Positions 60,738 through 64,000 of a DNA stretch of 64,000 nucleotides are shown here, piece by piece (position 1 is the stretch's first letter; every line of letters begins with the position of its first letter). Source of the DNA: Nitrosomonadales bacterium (GTDB taxonomy: Bacteria > Pseudomonadota > Gammaproteobacteria > Burkholderiales > Gallionellaceae); NCBI GenBank assembly GCA_037137715.1, contig JBAXJT010000007.1, positions 16,621 to 80,620 on the forward strand. The letters run 5' to 3'. The position numbers and the translations under genes were made by a program. The notes under the pieces were generated by a model. It had not been told where the DNA came from. It saw nothing but the letters and a program-made list of their open reading frames with translations, and did no database searches.

Positions 60738-61283
60738 ATGGATCTGCAGGAAAGTTGTATCGAATCTAGTGTCGTCTACGAAGGGTGTTTGTTACACGTC
60801 AAAAAGGACAATGTGCGTTTGCCTGACGGCAGTGCCAGTGTGCGGGAATACATTACGCATCCGGGGGCGGTGGCTGTGCTGGCGCTGAATGATAACGGCA
60901 ATCTGATCATGGAGCGCCAGTATCGCTATGGCCCGCGCCGGGAATTTTTTGAAATTCCTGCTGGCAAAATTGACCACGGAGAAGATACGTTGGTCACCGG
61001 ACAGCGCGAGTTACTAGAAGAAACAGGCTATGTTGCGAGTGAATGGCTGCATCTGGCGACCACCTGGCCGTGCATCGGCTATGCGGATGAGCGTATCGAA
61101 TATTATCTGGCGCGCGGCCTGACAAAACAGTTACAAACACTAGACGAAGGTGAGTTTCTTGAGGTGTTTGAGTTGTCGCTGACGGACGCGTTGGAATGGA
61201 TTCGTGTGGGTAAAATTAACGACAGTAAGACCATCATCGGTATATTCTGGCTGGAAAAGCATTTGGGCAACTGGCAATCCTAA
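60738..61283 (+). CDS. NUDIX hydrolase (ADP-ribose pyrophosphatase-like)
   Basis: Nudix box GKIDHGEDTLVTGQRELLEETG. ATG at 60738, with an in-frame GTG at 60726 also possible. Confidence 0.88.
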   Translation: MDLQESCIESSVVYEGCLLHVKKDNVRLPDGSASVREYITHPGAVAVLALNDNGNLIMERQYRYGPRREFFEIPAGKIDHGEDTLVTGQRELLEETGYVASEWLHLATTWPCIGYADERIEYYLARGLTKQLQTLDEGEFLEVFELSLTDALEWIRVGKINDSKTIIGIFWLEKHLGNWQS

Positions 61284-61288
61284 GGGGA

Positions 61289-61305
61289 TGCACCGATTTG
61301 GTGCA
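61289..61305. promoter_or_regulatory. NtrC-type enhancer site 1
   Basis: TGCACC-GATTT-GGTGCA, a perfect match to the TGCACC-N5-GGTGCA palindrome. Confidence 0.6.
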
Positions 61306-61329
61306 ATCTTTTACGATAAACGATAATTT

Positions 61330-61346
61330 TGCACCGGCTTGGTGCT
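61330..61346. promoter_or_regulatory. NtrC-type enhancer site 2
   Basis: TGCACC-GGCTT-GGTGCT, one mismatch to the palindrome, 41 bp from site 1. Confidence 0.55.
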
Positions 61347-61408
61347 TGTTTAATGTCATATTTATTTCTGTATGCATTATTTTCAATAAAATCATAATGT
61401 TGTATTTT

Positions 61409-61424
61409 TGGTATGAATTTTGCT
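61409..61424 (+). promoter_or_regulatory. Sigma-54 (-24/-12) promoter of the ammonium transporter gene
   Basis: TGGTAT-GAATT-TTGCT with canonical GG..GC spacing (GG at 61410-61411, GC at 61422-61423). About 37 nt upstream of the ATG. Confidence 0.6.
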
Positions 61425-61460
61425 TTTAATTCAAAATGTTCGATTGTTCAGTGAGTTGAT

Positions 61461-62663
61461 ATGGAAAATTTACAAACCAGTAACGATGTTCTTTTTATTT
61501 TACTCGGCGCGATTATGGTACTCGCGATGCATGCCGGATTTGCCTTTCTGGAACTGGGTACGGTTCGAAAAAAGAATCAGGTCAATGCGCTGGTTAAGAT
61601 ACTGACCGATTTCTCGGTATCCACGCTTGCCTATTTCTTCATCGGCTACCTCATCGCGTATGGCGCTCATTTCTTTACCGGTGCAGAACAGCTGGTTCAA
61701 AAAAGCGGTTATGAGCTGGTTAAGTTTTTCTTTTTACTGACATTCGCGGCGGCCATTCCGGCGATCGTATCGGGCGGGATTGCCGAACGTGCAAAATTTA
61801 ACCCGCAGATGGCGGCCACTTTTATGCTGGTAGGCTTCGTATATCCATTTTTTGAAGGCATCGCCTGGAATCACCGTTTCGGCATTCAGGATTGGCTGCA
61901 TGCGTCATTCGGCGCTGAATTTCACGATTTCGCAGGCTCTGTTGTGGTGCATGCCGTGGGCGGCTGGATCGGTCTTGCGGCTGTGCTGCTGCTGGGGGCC
62001 CGTCGCGGTCGCTATAACAAAGAGGGGCGCGTCTCGGCTCATCCGCCGTCCAGCATTCCTTTTCTTGCACTGGGCGCCTGGATACTCACGGTAGGCTGGT
62101 TCGGCTTTAACGTGATGTCGGCACAAACCATCAGCAATATCAGCGGGCTGGTTGCGGTCAATTCGCTGATGGCGATGGTAGGAGGTACGTTAGCTGCGCT
62201 TTGGGTCGGCAAGAACGATCCGGGCTTCGTGCATAACGGCCCCTTAGCGGGGCTCGTTGCCGTATGTGCCGGCTCCGACTTGATGCACCCTCTTGGTGCA
62301 TTGGCGGTGGGAGGCGTGGCTGGCGGCATGTTTGTTGCAATGTTTACCCTGACGCAAAATCGCTGGAAAATTGATGATGTGCTGGGCGTATGGCCGCTGC
62401 ACGGCTTGTGCGGCGCATGGGGCGGTATTGCGGCAGGAATCTTCGGCCTCAAAGCTTTCGGTGGTCTGGGTGGTGTTAGTTTTATGTCTCAGTTGATTGG
62501 CACACTGATGGGGATCAGCATCGCCTTTGCAGGCGGCTATCTGGTCTACGGAGCGCTAAAGAAGTTTGTCGGGATTCGCCTTGATGCAGAAGAGGAATTT
62601 AATGGCGCAGACTTGAGCATCCATAAAATTACCGCAACACCGGAGCGCGAATCTGGTTGGTAA
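61461..62663 (+). CDS. amtB: Ammonium transporter (Amt family)
   Basis: About 11 TM segments. ..AGFA.LE.G..R.KN.., ..GG...R..F.. and FHDFAGS.VVH..GG motifs. Confidence 0.93.
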   Translation: MENLQTSNDVLFILLGAIMVLAMHAGFAFLELGTVRKKNQVNALVKILTDFSVSTLAYFFIGYLIAYGAHFFTGAEQLVQKSGYELVKFFFLLTFAAAIPAIVSGGIAERAKFNPQMAATFMLVGFVYPFFEGIAWNHRFGIQDWLHASFGAEFHDFAGSVVVHAVGGWIGLAAVLLLGARRGRYNKEGRVSAHPPSSIPFLALGAWILTVGWFGFNVMSAQTISNISGLVAVNSLMAMVGGTLAALWVGKNDPGFVHNGPLAGLVAVCAGSDLMHPLGALAVGGVAGGMFVAMFTLTQNRWKIDDVLGVWPLHGLCGAWGGIAAGIFGLKAFGGLGGVSFMSQLIGTLMGISIAFAGGYLVYGALKKFVGIRLDAEEEFNGADLSIHKITATPERESGW

Positions 62664-62767
62664 GGGGTACGTGTGTATCGTGACAATAAAGTCTTGAATG
62701 GCGAGAAATTGTAAAACAATAAAGGCTTTAACAAGACCGTTTAATGATTAAGTTTTAATTTATAGCG

Positions 62768-62801
62768 GCGACTAGGGCTTGAAAGCTTGGTCGCTGTTTT
62801 T
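62768..62801 (+). terminator. Candidate terminator between convergent amtB and the activator gene
   Basis: GCGAC-..GCT-tgaa-AGC..-GTCGC composite stem followed by TGTTTTT. Confidence 0.4.
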
Positions 62802-64000
62802 CATTCGCCGACTGAACGTTGTCGCGCAAGCGCAATTTTTCGATACAGCGTTTGCCTGCTGATGCCCAAACATCGAGCTGCCGCCGAAACATTGCCGTGG
62901 CTGTCTTGCAAGGACTGTTGAATAACGGCGAGCGAGTGTGCTTTAAGGTTCTGAGGAAAAGTGCTGTCAGGAAAAAGGTGCTCGGTCTCTGCTGCAAGCT
63001 CATCAAGCAGATCATCCGGCAGATGCTGCCAGTCGATATGATCTTCATCAGCATCCAGCATGGCACTTGCCGTACGCAATAAACTGGAATATTGGCGGAT
63101 GTTGCCAGGCCATGGAAAACGGCTCAGTTTTGCGAGTAGCTCGGGCTTCAGATGGACGGTGCGCTCTGGATTGTGTTCGGTCAATATGCGCTCAGTGAGT
63201 GCATGAAAATCGGTGCGCTCACGCAAGGCGGGCAGATTCACGGTCAAGCCGTTAATACGGTAGTAAAGATCGTTGCGGAAGAGCCCTTGGTCCACGCCAT
63301 CGCGCAACTTGTGATGCGTGGCGCAGATCAGACTGAAATCGACTTCGACTGTTTTTCCGCCGCCGATCGGTGTCACATGGCGTTCTTGCAACACACGCAA
63401 CAAGCAGGTTTGCATGGCGAGCGGCATATCGCCGATCTCGTCCAGGAACAGTGTGCCGCCGTGTGCCTCGCGCAAACGGCCGATGTAACCATCACGACGT
63501 GCGCCAGTGTAGGCACCGGGCGCATAGCCGAACAGTTCTGCTTCAATCAGATTCTCCGGCAACGCACCACAGTTGATGGCAACGAAAGGTTTGTCACGGC
63601 GCGGCCCACTCTCATGCACAGCCCGCGCAAATAATTCCTTGCCGACGCCTGACTCGCCATGAAGCAGTAAAGGGATGGGTTTGCCTGCAACGCGACGCGC
63701 TTTGTCCGTGGCACTGTGCCAGAGTGGATCACCCTGATCGAGTCTGGACAAGGCATCTACTGGCGGCGAAACAGGTGGGGCAGATACAATTGTTCCTGCG
63801 ACTGCATATACCTGCATGAACATCGGCGTGCCGTCATTCAAATGGATCTGTCTGGGAGACGTAATACGATGCGGATTTCGCAAGAGCAGTTCATCCAAAC
63901 GTAAATCCAGTATGTCGCGAATCTTGACACTGCCAATATCGTTGGGCGACAAATGCAACATCTCTAGCCCGGTTCGGTTCGCACCTACTACCCAGCCATC
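62801..64000 (-). CDS. Sigma-54-dependent transcriptional activator (AcoR/Fis-family EBP), N-terminus outside the window
   Basis: AAA+ core (GESGVGKE Walker A, a GAYTGA variant of GAFTGA, GGTLFLDEIG Walker B) and a C-terminal Fis-type HTH (GNVSAAARCLGISRQTLYRKI). The frame stays open upstream of the ATG at 63961 to the window edge. Confidence 0.88.
   Translation of the reverse strand, partial: DGWVVGANRTGLEMLHLSPNDIGSVKIRDILDLRLDELLLRNPHRITSPRQIHLNDGTPMFMQVYAVAGTIVSAPPVSPPVDALSRLDQGDPLWHSATDKARRVAGKPIPLLLHGESGVGKELFARAVHESGPRRDKPFVAINCGALPENLIEAELFGYAPGAYTGARRDGYIGRLREAHGGTLFLDEIGDMPLAMQTCLLRVLQERHVTPIGGGKTVEVDFSLICATHHKLRDGVDQGLFRNDLYYRINGLTVNLPALRERTDFHALTERILTEHNPERTVHLKPELLAKLSRFPWPGNIRQYSSLLRTASAMLDADEDHIDWQHLPDDLLDELAAETEHLFPDSTFPQNLKAHSLAVIQQSLQDSHGNVSAAARCLGISRQTLYRKIALARQRSVGE

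Overview
The window looks like mostly core chromosome from a proteobacterium. The tpiA-secG-tRNA-Leu(GAG)-nuoA..N synteny suggests a betaproteobacterium, but that is only an inference. I can support about 75 protein genes, one tRNA, a set of intrinsic terminators and several regulatory sites.

Main blocks:
- 0.2-21.8 kb, housekeeping and signalling genes: dapA-bamC, roxA, slyD, an aminotransferase, srkA, rsgA, orn, two c-di-GMP proteins, and hemH.
- 22.0-26.1 kb: a two-gene RND efflux pair.
- 26.1-36.2 kb, an accessory-looking patch. It holds a TumE-like/HTH pair, a ykgJ-like gene, rlmF, a cysteine-bracketed orphan, Cache plus MCP, an ABC-F ATPase, vapBC, a truncated HTH remnant and a DUF4160/DUF2442 pair.
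- 36.3-45.3 kb, a core run: nadK, recN, bamE, dapB, pcnB, folK, panBCD, tpiA, secG and tRNA-Leu.
- 46.1-60.7 kb: the complete nuoA-N operon.
- 60.7-64.0 kb: a NUDIX hydrolase, an ammonium transporter behind NtrC-type sites and a sigma-54 promoter, and a partial sigma-54 activator.

I found no CRISPR array, rRNA, transposase, integrase or phage structural genes. I also found no convincing multi-gene novel system.

The items most worth a second look:
- The orphan protein at 28.8-30.1 kb.
- A dispersed intergenic repeat family whose hairpin shows a compensatory base change (26.1, 27.45 and 34.3 kb).
- A long inverted-repeat element at 11.8-12.0 kb.
- An apparent frameshift in a PAS-GGDEF-EAL gene.
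- Heme-c (CxxCH) sensor domains.
- Duplicated hairpin modules inside the nuo operon.
- An unusually long G/T-skewed leader upstream of nuoA.

All family names come from recognising motifs by eye. None was confirmed by a search.
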